64,000 nt of DNA from contig CM059432.1 of NCBI GenBank assembly GCA_030390025.1, positions 101,434,001 to 101,498,000 of the forward strand, in the 5' to 3' direction. The translations under genes were made by a program, and so were the position numbers. The stretch is from Squalus acanthias. Lineage: Eukaryota. Shown one piece after another: positions 11,279 to 24,903 of this stretch (position 1 is its first letter; every line of letters starts with the position of its first letter). The notes beneath the pieces were generated by a model. It did no database searches, had not been told where the DNA came from, and saw nothing but the letters and a program-made list of their open reading frames with translations.

Positions 11279-14200
11279 GTTCGGGTACGGTCTCGGTACA
11301 TTCCCATAAGGGAGAAAGGAGGACAACCAAAGCCAGACCTCTGTAGATGATGAAGGAGTTAGAGAGTAGAATAAAGCTGAAAAGGGGGGATATGACAGAT
11401 GCCAGCTTGATAATATAAGAGAGAATTAGGCTGAATATAAAAAGTACAGAGGAGAATAAGAGGGGAAAAGAGACAGTACGAGAATAGATTGACGGCTAAC
11501 ATGAAAAGGAAATTCAAAGGTCTTCTATAGGCATATTAACAGTAAAAGGGTTGTCAGAGGAGCGATGGGGTTGATTAGGGACCAAAATGGAGATCTACTG
11601 GTGGAGGCAGAAGGCATGGCTGAGGTAATAAATGAGTACTTTGCATCAGTGTTTACCAAAGAAGAGGACTTTGCCAAAGTTATGGTAAACAAGGAGGTTG
11701 TCGGGATACTGGATCAGATAAAAGTAGTTCAAGAAGAAGTACTAGAAAGGCTGGCAGTACTTCAAGTGGATAAATCACCCGGTCCGGATGGGATACATCT
11801 GAGGTTGCGGAGGGGAGTAAGGGTAGATATTGCAGAGGTGCTGGCCACAATCTTCCAATCCTCCTTAGATACAGGGGTGATGCCAGATGACTGCAGGATT
11901 GCAGGAACCCTTGTTCAAAAAAGCAGAGAAGGATAAACCAGGCAATTACAGGCCAGCCAGTTTAATGTCAGTGGTGGAGAAGCTTTAAGAAACAATCATC
12001 TGGGAGAAAATTAACAGCCACTTGGACAAGCATGAACTAATAAAGGAGAGCCAGCAAGGATTTGTTAAAGGCAAAATCATAATTGACTAACTTGATTGAG
12101 TTTTTTGATGAGGTAACGGAAGGTGTGGATGAGGGCAGTGCTGTTGATGTTGTGTATCTGGACTTTCAAAAGGTGCTTGATAAAGTACCACATATTAGGC
12201 TTTTCAGCAAAATTGAACCCCATGGGATAAAAGGGGCAGTAGCATGCATACAAAATCGGCTAAGGGATAGAAAACAGAGAGTTGTGGTGAATGGCTGTTT
12301 TTCAGACTGGAGGGAGGTGGTGTTCCCCAAAGTTCAGTACTAGGACCATTGCTGTTTTTAATATACTTGGGGATACAGGGCACAATTTTGAAATTTGCAG
12401 ATGACATGAAACTTAGAAGTATAGTATAGTAAGGACGATAGTAACAGACTTCAAGAAGACATAGACAGGCTGGTGGAATGGGCGGACACATGGCAAGTGA
12501 AATTCAACACAGAAAAGTGTGAGGTGATACATTTTGGTCGGACGAATGAGAGACAATATATGCTAAGTGGTAAAATTTTAAAGGGGGTGCAAGTACAGAG
12601 AGACCTGAGGGGTGTTTGTGCACAGATATTTGATAGGTGGCAGGACAGGTTAACAAAACAGTTAATAAAGCACATGGGATCCTGGGATTTATAACTAGAG
12701 GCATAGAGTATAAAAGCCAGGAAGTTATACTAAACCTATATAAAATACTAGCTCAGCTCTAGCTAAAGGATTGTGCCCAATCTGGGCACCAGACTTTAGG
12801 AAGGACGTGAAGGCTTTGGAGAGTGTACAGAAGAGATTTACTAGAATGGTTCCAGTGATGAAGGAATACAGTTACGTGGATAGACTGGAGAAGCTGGGGT
12901 TGTTCTCCTTAGAGCAGAGAAGGCTACGAGGAGATTTGATAGAGGTGTTTAAAATCATAAAGGGTTCAGATAGAGTAAATAAAGAGAATTTATTTCCAAT
13001 GGCAGAAGGGTCGATAACGAGAGGGCACAGATTTAAGGTGATTGGCAAAAGAAGCAGAAGCGACATGAGGAAAAACCTTTTTACGCAACGAGTGTTTAGG
13101 ATTTGGAATGCACTATCTGATAGGGTGGTGGAAGCAGATTCAATAGTAGCCTTCCAATGGGAATTGGATAAATACTCGAAGGAGAAAAAATTGCAGGGAT
13201 ATGGGGAAAGAGAGCGGGAGTGTGACTAACTGGATTGCTCTTTGAAAGAGCCGGCGCAGACTCGATGGGCCAAATTGCCTCCTTCGGTGCTGTACTATTC
13301 TATAATTCTATGAATTTGTGGCACATCAACAGTGCAATATCAATGGTGAGCAAAAAATTCTAATTAACAATGTTCGCCACCAAATCTGCCATTGCAGCAA
13401 TTTCTGGCCCATAGGCTTTAAACAAAAAATCACTTCCTGTGGCTTCAGTCTGTCCTAGCCTCCCTGCTGAACCAACACAAAGCTTAACCCAGAGAGGTCT
13501 TAGACTGTTGGCCGCAAAACTGAAGCAAAGAATGTAGACTGCTATCTAAGCCAAGTTTACCAACCAAAAATGATGTAAACTCCTTTGAAGTTTGTTCCAA
13601 ATTTGGATCTGACTAAGATGCATTATCTGGTTCAATGGTATCAGTCACTCCCTTAATCAGTCTGAGCATCTTACTATTATATCTGCTTGCATGACAACAT
13701 GACCCAGGGCTGAATAATAGCAGTCCCTCATCCCTTTCGCACGTATATGTTTTCAATCTCACTAAAGGTGGACCAAGTTAACATTGGAGGAGGCAAGGTT
13801 TGGTTTGAATCATTAAGCTGATTTATTCCACAGTAAAGTGAATGTACAGAGCAACAGTTATGATCAGACTAATTTGGTACAATTGGTAAAACTTAACTTT
13901 GCATATAGTGTAAAATTAATCAGAACTCTATGTTTGCCCACTTCAGTTGGTCACCACACTTATCTTCTCTGCATTCTGTGCTACTGCTCAGGGCAGAACT
14001 TCCTCTCACAGCAACATCCTGTCCTTTCAACATTATTACAACATTTCACTCCCTAAGATTTCCACAGATTGTTCTTTTTTTTTAAACTAACTCCAGTGTT
14101 ATCTTTTAGTCAAAACTATCTACCCACCCCCACCTAGTGGAATGACCCCGTCTGAGTTCAGATTAATAGATCTGTCACAGCAGCAATGAGTGCAACATTC

Positions 14201-14509
14201 ACTGGAATGTTAAAGTATCTTTCATTGCCTTGGTTCAGATGTCCCATTTTGAAACCCAATATTTCACTGCTGGCCCTGCTATCATGGAACTTTAACTTCT
14301 TGAGAGCTGCATTTAGGCCAATGATAAAATTTTTAACATGAACTACACAAAGGTCTCACAAGGAGGCATAGTCTGAAATCACAAAATGTGACAGGTATGT
14401 CGAAAATAAGGCATTCCTCATAATTGCATTAGATCAACAGCCATTAGCAAAAAAACTGCATACTCATTTCAATGTTGAATATTGATTCGAAAACACAATG
14501 TCAGATTCC

Positions 14510-15723
14510 ACATAAGAAATAGGAGCAGGAGTAGGCCATTCGGCCCCTCGAGCCTGCTCCGCCATTCAATAAGATCATGGCTGATCTTCTACCTCATCTC
14601 CACTTTCCTGCACTAGCGCCATATCCCTTGATTTCCTCAATATCCAAAAATCTATTGATCTCTGTCTTGAATATACTCAACGACTGAGCCTCCACAGCCC
14701 TCTGGGGTAGAGAATTCCAAAGATTCATCACCCTCTGAGTGAAGAAATTTCTCCTCATCTCAGTTCTAAATGGCCGACCCCTTATTCTGAGACTGCGACC
14801 CCTGGTTCTAGGCTCCCCAGCCAGGGGAAACATCCTCCCTGCATCTACCCTGTCAAATCCTGTAAGAATTTTGTATGTTTCAATGAGATCCCCTCTCATT
14901 CTTCTAAACACCAGAGAATATAGGCCTAGTCTACTCAATCTCTCCTCATAGGACAATCCCCCCATCCCAGGAATCAGTCTGGTGAACCTTCGTTGCACTC
15001 CCTCTGTGGCACGTATATCCTTCCTTAGGTAAGGAGACAAAAACTGTACAAAATACTCCAGGTGTGGCCTCACCAAGGTCCTATATAATTGCAGTAAGAC
15101 TTCTTTACTCTTATACTCCAATCTTTTGTAATAAAGGCTAACATACCATTAGCTTTCCTAATTGCTTGCTGTACCTGCATGTTAATGTTCAGTGATTCAT
15201 GTACAAGGACACCCAGGTCCCTCTGAACACCAACATTTCCCAATCTCTCACCATTTAAAAAATACTCTGCTTTTCTATTTTTCCTGCCAAAGTGGATAAC
15301 TTCACATTTCTCCACATTATATTCCATTTACCATGTTCTTGCCCACTCACTTAAGCCTGTCTATACCCCTTGAAGCCTCCTTGCATCCTCCTCACAACTT
15401 ACATTCCCACCCAGCTTTGTATCATCAGCAAACTTGGATATATTACATTTGGTCCCCTCATCCAAATCATTGATGTCGATTGTGAATAGCTGAGACCCAA
15501 GCACTGATCCTTGCGGTACCCCACTAGTTACAGCCTGCCAACCCAAAAATGACCCGTTTATTCCTACTCTCTATTTTCTATCCGTTAACCAATCCTCAAT
15601 CCATGCTAGTATATTACCCCTAATCCCATGAGCCCTAATTTTGTTTAATAACCTCTTGTGTGGCACCTTATCGAATGCCTTCTGAAAATCCAAATACACC
15701 ACATCCATTGGTTCCCCCTTATC
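14510..15723 (-). mobile_element. 5'-truncated CR1 LINE (RT and 3' end)
   Basis: GVPQGSVLG, KFADDTK and LVRPHLEY on the minus strand. CR1 3' UTR at 14510-14600. Confidence 0.92.
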
Positions 15724-15950
15724 TACGTGGACGATACCCAGCTCTACCTCACCACCAATTCTCTTGACATCTCCACTGTCTCTGTGTTGTTCGGTGTCTT
15801 GTCAGACATCCTGGATGAGCCAAAATTTCCTCCAATTAAACATAGGGAAGACTGAAGCCATTGTCTTCAGGCCCACCACAAACTCCATTCCCAAAACACC
15901 GATTCCATCCCACACCCTGGTCACTGTTTCAGGCTGACCCAGACCATTCA
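15724..15950 (+). mobile_element. L2-like LINE RT fragment
   Basis: YVDDTQLYL followed by a degenerate WM...LQLN..KTE stretch, typical of L2. Confidence 0.7.
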
Positions 15951-18900
15951 CAAAAATCGGAAAAGATGTAAAACAGACTTGCTATCGCCAGTTTTACATT
16001 ATCGCACAACGTCAAGATCTACCCCAGAATATGTACTGCACACATTTTAAAGCTTCTAGTGCTTCCTGTTAACCAGGTCATTTTCAGAAAGAATTACACA
16101 CTTTATTTTCTCTGTAAGCTTTTTACTTCTCTTAATACTTTTAAATTCCAGAAGATGATTTCTAAAACATGTCCAGTAACAGCCAGGTAAAAAGAGCATT
16201 CATGATAAAGAGCTATGGAATATGCTTTATGTCCCAGAAGTGGACGAATGTGGTGACTCACAATTGCCAAAGTGAGATATAACCTATTTCGGTTACTGAG
16301 AGAACGTTAGAATGTCCCATGGGGTGGAGGGAGGGGGATCTGGATTAGCTGTCCAAGTCCAACTGAACTGAAGAATGAATCTTTTTAAAGCATTAAATTA
16401 ATAAATTATGTCCTTTCCTTTCAAACATACAGAAGACAAGATCCTTTTATTTTCTGAACAAAAACAACAATTTCAGGTACTCTTCGAATGCACACAAAAC
16501 TAAGCAAAGATTAAATAGTCCAGAAGGGTGGTACTGTATAACATTTAAAAGAAAACATTGCAAAAAGAATGATGACTACAGTCCCCCCTTTCTCATTCAT
16601 TCATTATTGCTACTTCACTTGTAACATCAGTTTTCCAAAGTTATATCTCTGGGGGAAGAAGAATCGATCTCTCAGAACACAGTAAAAGCTAGGATTGTTC
16701 TATGGAACAGCATCATAACTTTATTAGCTGCCAGTATCCTAACATTTGGTGAAAGTGTGTGGACTGCATCATATGACTGCTTTCTAAATATTATCTAAAG
16801 CAAAACACAAGTCCATGTTGTGTCTACTGTTCCTGTTGATCTTCAACAGGAGAACTGTTCCTACTCAATCTTACCAATGAATAATGCACTTCACTGACTA
16901 GTAACAAACTGACATGCTTACTGTTTTGTGACATGTTTACCCAACTTGCATTCATGAGATACAGACAATTGATTGACTGTTTTGGCACCATTTGTTCCAT
17001 CCACATAATAGCAAATGGCCCTTTTGTATAGAAACCTATGTTCCACTTCAGATATTTGTGGAGGAGAATAGAATGTCAGGATTTGGTTCTTTATGTGGTG
17101 TAGCATACAAGGCTGATATGGGGAATAGAGACGTGTTTAAGCATTGTAATTGATGCGAGACTGAATTTTTAAGAATTGACACAGAGTGATCAACCAACTT
17201 AATCATCTTCAATAACTTGGGCCTCGATATTAACCTCCACCCCCACGGCGGGCGGGAGAGGGTCAGGGAAGTGTTAAACCATCAAATGCGCGAAACACAA
17301 CCCCAACCCGCCATGCGCACGCCCGTTGCAGTTTTTTACGGCGGCTGTCAATTTGGCCGGCAGCCAGGCAAGAAACACATCCAAAAATTTTTATTGAGGT
17401 CCTGTCATTAAGTTTGGCAGGACCAAAGAAGCCTTGCCGGGTTCTTTGACTGTTTTCGGTCTCCCCCGCACGCTCCCCGCCTCCATATAAATATGGGGCC
17501 ATGGTTACAGCGCAGATGAAGTCTGTGCACATCTTGAGCACTACGTTTGCTTACATATTACAGTACACATGTATTTCAACGTAATTGAATTCCTGAGAAG
17601 GCTTTGTTGAAAAATTGATAGAATTATTCGAACGTAGTTCCCCAGCCTGAAGACATTTTAAATAATCAATTATCATGTATCTTTACAAAAGAATATTCAG
17701 GCTTTGAACAGAACAAATTGTTTAATTTCTTGATATCTGAACAAAGATAAGGTCTAGAAATGGTCGGCAAATTGTGTACAGAAGTACCATCATGAGAGAA
17801 AATAAGCTTAAATTTTGAGTAACTTGATTGTTAAAAATTAATTTTCTTTCACTGTAGGTGCAACAGAAAATATTTTGCTTTTGTTTATTAAAATATTTGA
17901 AGTATTATAGACAGAATAATAATACCGGGTGAACTGAAACTCTTTATCTTTGGATAAATTGGATAATTGTATTCTCATATCAAATTCAATAAAAATGGCA
18001 GTTTTCCATCTCAGAAACCTAAAATCACAAGGAAACAAAAAAGGGGGCAGCTAAATAAAATTATGCAAAACCAAATTAAAATCCCAATCCAGAACATGAG
18101 GATTTGTATAAAGGGCTAGTTTTCCAAGGCCTTTCAGAGTTTTGCACAGAGAGTATTAAATCATAAGATCTACCTCGAGTCTCCTGAGCCACCTTGTGTT
18201 GAGAAATGAAAAGCAGATCTAACCATTGCATCTGTTTCAATAGGGATGCGTTTTAAGTTTTTATTCAGCAGGTTCTTGAGACACGACAGAGAGTCTTATC
18301 TGTATCATGGCACTACAGAAAAAATCTATTTGACTTACCATTGTACATCTTCTGAGTGGTTAGATGCCAAGATACTGTAATCATGTCAATCACCTCTTGA
18401 GCAGGTATTGTTCACTTGACTGATCCCTTTCAATCATCACTACTTAAGTTGTAAACTTGACAGTATAGAATGCCAGAAATGTCACAATTGGGAGAAAATG
18501 TCCTTTATATCAGGGTAGCAAAAACTCAAATATTAGAAAGGGAAAACATATCTATAAGGTATATCCGAAGATCGATAGCCTTTTCATTCTCTCTATGGTT
18601 GAGAAGTCCACTTCTGAAGTAGTCCCCAGTCATAAGACTGTCACATTTCTGTTCCCTGCTAGATAATAAGTATGAGGAACACTTTGATTTTAATTTACAG
18701 CTTAATGATTGTATTAAAATAGTGTACAAAGGACTTCTAATTGTACAAGTTAAGCAGTTATAAATTCCACCATTATGATATTATTCATCTACCAAATGAA
18801 AAATTGATACTGCATTTAAAAATGTATGTGTTAAAGAGATTTGATGGATCAGAGTTTATTCACACTACACTAATTCTGCAGTTATAGCGTAAATGCAAAC

Positions 18901-18987
18901 TGAATCCGGAGACAGGACCCGACTGAAGCAAAGCCGGACAGCTTTGTAGTGATGCCAAACATGTAGTGTAGATGCACCCTAACTGCA

Positions 18988-19149
18988 GGGAGTAATTTTA
19001 ATCAAATCCGCCTGATGGGAAACTGGTGAAATCAGATTAGCTGCCCGTTTTACACCCCACCCAATTTTACTTTTTACTGAAGTGTAAAACGAGCAGCCGA
19101 TCAAACCCTGTCAGTTTGCCACTGGGTAAGATAGGTTAAAATGACACCC
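18988..19149. mobile_element. Short palindromic Harbinger-like MITE
   Basis: TIRs GGGAGTAATTTT / AAAATGACACCC. Internal inverted pair GCTGCCCGTTTTACAC / GTGTAAAACGAGCAGC. TSD is imperfect (GCA/GCC). Confidence 0.6.
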
Positions 19150-19326
19150 GCCACCGTGTTCTTTAATATTCCACAACTACCTGTCTGCTTTTCATTTTCT
19201 GATGGCAGGTGGGGAAATATTGGTCAACCTGGAAATTTTTTTATTTTTTAGATGCCTACATTGTGATTAGCAGCTATGGTCATAGCAACACCGAGTTCAA
19301 TTAGGAAGAATTCACTAAAACACAGA

Positions 19327-21079
19327 GGCCTAGAAATTAGATTAGGCCCGAAAATGGGCGGTGTCACCGCGGGGCGAGATTTGCTTGCGCCCGTAAAAAA
19401 TAGCAGGCAGCATGTTATTTTGATGCTGCCTACTAATTTGAATGATTTCAGTGCACAGCCAAATGACAGGCTGTGCGCTCAGCAGGAGGCCCAATGTCGT
19501 GTCCCTGGAGAGAGGCTGCCTGTTTTTAAAGAAAGGCTGTCATTTTGGAAAGCAGTCTCAAGCCCTTAAAGGAGAACTGCCTTCTGAAAAAAAAATCATT
19601 CAAAAATAGGCAGTCTCCAACGCTTAAAGCTCAACTGCCTTCTGAAAAATAAACTTTAAAAATCATTCCAAACTCTGCAGTCTTCAGCTCATTCACCATT
19701 TTTTCCGTGCAGAAGGCAGTTCAGCCTTCTGCACATAAAAAATGGTGAACATGCTTCAGCACTAACACAAATGGCTCAACAAGCCAGGAAAGGGCACCCA
19801 GGGTCTTGCACGCAGCACTCCAGCTTTGTGCAGGGATTTAAAAGTGGAAGAGAGGTCCTCTACCCAGAGGGGTCCAGGAGGCCCTCCAGCAAGAAGGATA
19901 TGGGACTAGATCGGCAAGACCGTCACTGCCAGCAGTGTCGACACCAGGATCTGTCCCCAGTGCCCAAAGAAGTTTCATGACCTCAGACGAGTGGTGAAGA
20001 TCAGTGAATGCATCTTCAAAAGCCATCTCCTACCAACTGCACTACTAGCCTCACACACTGCTCAATGCACGACCATCCCCCATCACTTACATACCAACAA
20101 TCTCTACCAAACACGAGGCACACTTTACATTCCTAGTTTCACCTCACCCCCTTGGAGGAGACAGAGCTGGCCATTCTTGGCAGGGGCATGGCTGAGCCCT
20201 TGGCCAGTGGCGGGGCTGAAAGGTTACAGGATGCTGGTATCCTCATACGTTATCCTCCTTCTCACATCCCACTTCCCCTCCATCCTACAATATCTTCTGA
20301 TGTAAAGCTGCGCATGGTGTAAGCATGCAGCTCTTGCGTTCCCGCCCTCCCCTCATCATATCCTACCCTTGTGCCTTCCTCATTTCACACACCCAAGAAA
20401 TCCAGCCTGCCCAGCCAGTAGTTGGCCAAGAAGAGGGAGAGGAGCATGAAGAAGAAAAATAAGAAGAAACATTGTCACTCGATTGGACACTTCCAGCCAC
20501 CAGCTCCTCGAGGTCGTCCTACAAGGCCATCTGCAGTGTCCCCCACTGAAAGTCAGCACCTTCCTCCAGCTCTGCTGCAGCCACTGGGGCAGCACTGCAT
20601 GACATCACTAGGATAGGCAAAGGCACATGCAAGACAGTCACTAAGCATCCAGCAGCACCCCCTATATTATTTAACAACTTTTTAAATGTATTGCACCAAG
20701 CCACTACTTCAATAAAATATTAAAAAAACTCCAAAAGCTGAAATCAAAACTTACCTGAAAGATGTGTGTGTCTCTTTAAAAAGCGCTGACAGCGTCTCTC
20801 CAGTACTGTTGCACGCACGTTCATCCGTGCATGGTTAGGAGAGGGCGTTATGGCCTGCAGCGACATCAAAAATTGCAGTTGTGTGTCAAATCAGGCTTTG
20901 CATGCCGATTGACGTCACAATCTGCACATTTGCATTGGAGAGGCGAGTGCTGGCAATAGCAGCACTATCGACCTCTCCAATATGGCGGCTGCCGTGTCCC
21001 GCGCTTGAAGCAGGTGGCTGCCATTTTTTCAAGAAAAACGGCGTTAACGGTCGGCGCTAAGGTAGGGAATTTCCCGGCC
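19327..21079 (+). mobile_element. Internally deleted Harbinger derivative with decayed Myb/SANT exons
   Basis: TIRs GGCCTAGAAATT / AATTTCCCGGCC. TSD AGA. MAQQARKG...REVLYP...QCPKKFHDL remnant from 19771. Homologous to 26058-28267 and 47858-49624. Confidence 0.8.
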
Positions 21080-21529
21080 AGAGTTACTTTCACTTCCCAT
21101 TGTTTTTCTGTAGTTTTCTCTCATTGCAGTGGAAGTGGGGAAGAGGAAAACTTTGACTTATTTTAGAGCGTGTTATGTTGAGTGACAACAAGCTGCAATC
21201 ACAAACAGCTGTAACCGTGACAGATGGCTGTTGTTGCAGAAAGCAGAGAGAGAGAATTGGAAAGCCTGTGCTGTTGCAGAAGAAAAATTCTGGTATGGAA
21301 CAGACCATTGTCAATCAAGCCCACCTGTCTGCATAGTTTTAAACTGTACTGAATCCAGGCATAAATACTGGAATGTTTCTGCAACCTGCTTCCATCCATG
21401 GGGAATAAAAGATCTGTACATCACTGAAATAGGACCAACTTTCTTTAGGATTCCATCTCTCTAACTAGTTTTTCCAATTACTTTCATCACTTATTTGCCC
21501 CAGTCATAGATGTGAATGTGTGATACTGT

Positions 21530-22050
21530 GGCTCGATTTTAAACCAGAGCGAGTTTCTTTCGGGTGGGCGATGGTGCGCTTGAGGCACACACTCACTGGC
21601 CTAAATGTCAGGCCGGGTGTATTTTAATTCCCAGGGGTGAATAGAATGTAGAGCGGCTACCGGCAGGCGATGATCCGAGGCCCTTAGCCTCCCGATAAAT
21701 GGCGGTGAGCGAATTCTGGGAGGGTCTCGCGGAGGGAAAGGTGGGCTCCAGGGGATGCCGCGACTTTTCTTGTGAGGCCCGGAGGATCCTCCTAACCTCA
21801 TAAAGGAAAGATTTAGACTTATCTGACAGAACCTCTACTGTCTTCAGACCCGTTTCTGCCTAGCAGGAAAGCATTGGCTCCCATGGATGTAAATAGCTCC
21901 CCAATTTGCATAAATTCATGAGCTGCCGCCTGCTTTAGGTGGGCACCTCATCCGCCTGCAAAACTCTACAGGTTAAGATCAGAAATTGTCAGGATCTGTG
22001 CAGGTAAGTCATCTACGAGTTTTAAACTACCCACCCATCCAGTTTCCACC
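21530..22050. mobile_element. Degenerate Harbinger-like MITE
   Basis: GGCTCGATTTTAAAC start and internal similarity to other GC-rich MITEs. The right end is unresolved. Confidence 0.4.
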
Positions 22051-22204
22051 TCCTGTGTATTTTTTGATCCGCACTACCATAGGCATTGCAGTTCCAGGCA
22101 TCAATGAATCTGTGATCAATTTACTTATCTGCAGACTTTCTTTGCAGTAATTTTGAAAGCTGTGATATCATTTTATGATCCACCAAAAGTCACTGGAAAC
22201 ACAA

Positions 22205-22652
22205 ACTGTGGTCTTCAACTCATCCAAAATTCTACTGCCTATCTTTGCTGACCTACACTGGCTTCCAGACCCCCAACGCCTTTAAAATTCTTCTCTTTGT
22301 CTTTAATTCACTCAATGGCCTTACACCCCGCTCCCCCCATCTCTGTTACCTCTCCGTTGAGCTCTCTGTTCCGCTGACCCTGTACTCCTGTTCCTTTCCC
22401 CCACCCCGTCCCCACAACTTTGCCTCACCAATGATGGCTGTACCTTCAGATGCCTTGGACCCACTGTCTGGAATTCCTACCCTGAACACATCTGCCTCTC
22501 CTAGTTTACCACCTACAGTAAATCCAACCACTCTGACCAACCTTTTGGTCACCCTTTTTAATCTTACCTGGTTTGGCTCAGTGTCCATTTTCCTGATGCC
22601 GTGACATGTTTTTCTACATTAAGGATGCTATAGAAATGAAAGTTGTTATTTG
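22205..22652 (+). mobile_element. L2 LINE 3' end
   Basis: FKILLFVFNSLNGLTP remnant. 3' end TTTTCTACATTAAGGATGCTATAGAAATGAAAGTTGTT. Confidence 0.75.
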
Positions 22653-22689
22653 CAAGCAAACAAGGTAGTCAAGATAATCTGTATTTCTT

Positions 22690-22922
22690 TGGTGGTCTTG
22701 GTTGACAGATGAATATTGGCCATCACACTGGGAGAACTTCCTGCTGTTCTTCAAGTAGTACCATGTAATCTTTTACAACCAGCCAAACAGGCAGTTAGGG
22801 CCTCAGTTTAACATCTCATCACAAAGAGAGCACCTCTGCCAATGCAGTATTCTTTCAGTACTTCACTGAAGTGTCAGCCTAGATTTTGTGCTCACGACCT
22901 GGAGTGAGGCTTGAACCTCTGA
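22690..22922 (-). mobile_element. tRNA-derived Deu-domain SINE (SacSINE1/AmnSINE-like), degenerate
   Basis: Homologous to 29810-30086. A box-B-like GGTTCAAGCC lies on the minus strand. Confidence 0.65.
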
Positions 22923-24774
22923 TCATAGGCAGGGCTGTGCTAAACAGATACTTCCAACATGAATCATTCAACATGAATCATTCAATATTTTGAGTACACA
23001 GCATATGTCTTTACTTTGGAATTTACCACTGTCAACATCAAAAAGTTAACTGTACAAGTGTTCCAGACCTGTCTCTCCTCCTGCCTTCACCCCACTCACA
23101 TACATACTGACAATTAGTTCCTCCATACCAGAACAACATGGGCTGAATTCAAGAGGATTAAACAAACAGAAAATCTTATTCTCCTGTATCCAGTTCGCAA
23201 GATGAAGAAAAAAAATCAAGAAAGTGAGGGTTAGCTTTGGTGCGGACAGAGCATTTAGATTTGACTAAACGATTAAATTATGTCATGTTTGTCTCTTCGT
23301 TAAGGTCATTGAGGTATTAAAATGTCAGCCTTCAGGTGAGTTGAATATATAATTAATCCTTTTCCAAAACACTTTTTTGGTTGTACTACCATAGCGAAGA
23401 CTGGGAAAGCTAATGAAAAAGCACCTTCATTTAGCACACTGCATTTTGTATCAATTCATGATGCTGAAAATTCAACAGTATGGCATTGGACTCTTAATAG
23501 AATTACTTCAGATGGCCAGGGATTTCCTCGGAACTGCTCTTGTTTACACGTCCGCCACATTTCTGGCAAATTTATGGCGGCAAAAACGATGCAGCTCCGA
23601 AGAAATTTTCGGTCAAAATAAACAGAAGATATAGGTTATTATAAAAGATCAATTTGATGTTACTTTGGATTACTTTCCCTGTTAGCCTAATAATTCCTTT
23701 AAAATAATGGGGCCCATTTTCCTTGATACAGTATTAGCCAGAAAATTCACCCCAATATTAAAAAAATGTGGTCACTTGAATTTCAGACAAATGGCTAAGT
23801 GCTTTGAAGATGGATCTAAGTTTGATCTAAATATGTACATCGGGAGTATTTGAAATGGATTTGATAGCTGAGGGAGGATATTCACATGCTCCTTCAATAA
23901 TAATGGTACAGTAATGGATTGCAGCAAGCCAGATCTTCTTCAATTCTGTTTGGGGGAAGGGGAGGAGTTAATTCAGTGCACAAAAAGTACCGATTGTAAA
24001 TACAGTCAAATCCTTTTCATTCACAGTTGCTTAAGTAAAATGATTGGTCAATTTGAATTGAAACCATACATAAGCGACTCGCACAAAACTGCATCCAAAA
24101 TTTGTTCCAAATTCAAGCCTTTTGATTTGAATTATTGTATGACAAAAACTTGAATTCCTACAACAAATAGATGCTGACCAGTGAAATCTGCTGTTTATGA
24201 GGTTCAGAACAGGCCAGAGCAGCTAACCTTCCTGGGCTATCTTATCTTGTGCTATAGGAAGTGGTAAATGAAATTGACACAACATTTGGAAGCAACCCCA
24301 TATCCGCAACATGCATCAACTGCTTCAAAAAGCATCCTACAATCCAGTCCAGGTCGACACATACGAAGGCAAGTGCTGCTCTCACAGGATGCATTTTGAT
24401 ACTGGCCTAGTGATAGTTCTAAAATTTGATCTCATTACAAGCCCAAAGACATTTTTAATGCTAAAATATTGGCCTTTTTTTTAAAGCTACACTCAAGTAG
24501 GATGCTAGATTTCAATGTAAAGCGTTGGGTGAAAAGCCAAGCAGCAAATAACAGTCATGGTTTGACTGGGTGGAAAAGAATGATTCTGGTGACTATGAAT
24601 TCCACCCTCCTCCCCCCCACCACCCCCGAATATTTTGATGGTGCTGTTACTCTACCTTGACCTACTAAAACAACAAAAGGGAATGGAAGACGCTACCACA
24701 TGGAGTAGTTGAGGCGAGTAGCATAGATGCTTTTAAGGGACAGATACATAAGTACATGAGGGAGAAAGGAGTAA

Positions 24775-24903
24775 ACATAGAAGATAGGAGCAGGAGCAGG
24801 CCATTCAGCCCCTCGAGCCTGCTCCGCCATTCAATGAGATCATGGCTGATCATCCAATTCAATACCCTGTCCCTGCCTTCTCCCCATATCCCTTGATCCC
24901 TTT
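24775..24903 (-). mobile_element. Short CR1 3'-terminal fragment
   Basis: Reverse complement of the CR1-C 3' end (GGATATGGGGAGAAGGCAGG...CTCCTGCTCCTATCTTCTATG). Confidence 0.85.

Larger units (their letters stand above)
3795..13313 (+). mobile_element. Old CR1 LINE (CR1-A) split into three pieces: ORF1 esterase about 3795-4020, ORF2 endonuclease 9016-9803, ORF2 RT and 3' end 11279-13313
   Basis: MVYCLPGATVRDI esterase motif. CVNARSVVNKIGELQ endonuclease start at about 9018. The host reads AAAGAGGAGA|TGGTTCGGGTAC across the CR1-B insertion. VYLDFQK and KFADDM motifs, and an ATTCTAT-type tail. Many stops and frameshifts. Confidence 0.75.
2858..13410. mobile_element. Harbinger-like non-autonomous element expanded to 10.5 kb by nested insertions
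   Basis: TIRs GGGCTACAAATTGCTG / CAGCAATTTCTGGCCC. TSD ATA at 2855-2857 and 13411-13413. Confidence 0.7.

Noticed and set aside
21158..21338. Possible terminal exon (ERVMLSDNKLQ...AHLSA*)
   Set aside because: The acceptor is plausible, but there is no recognisable homology or linked exon.
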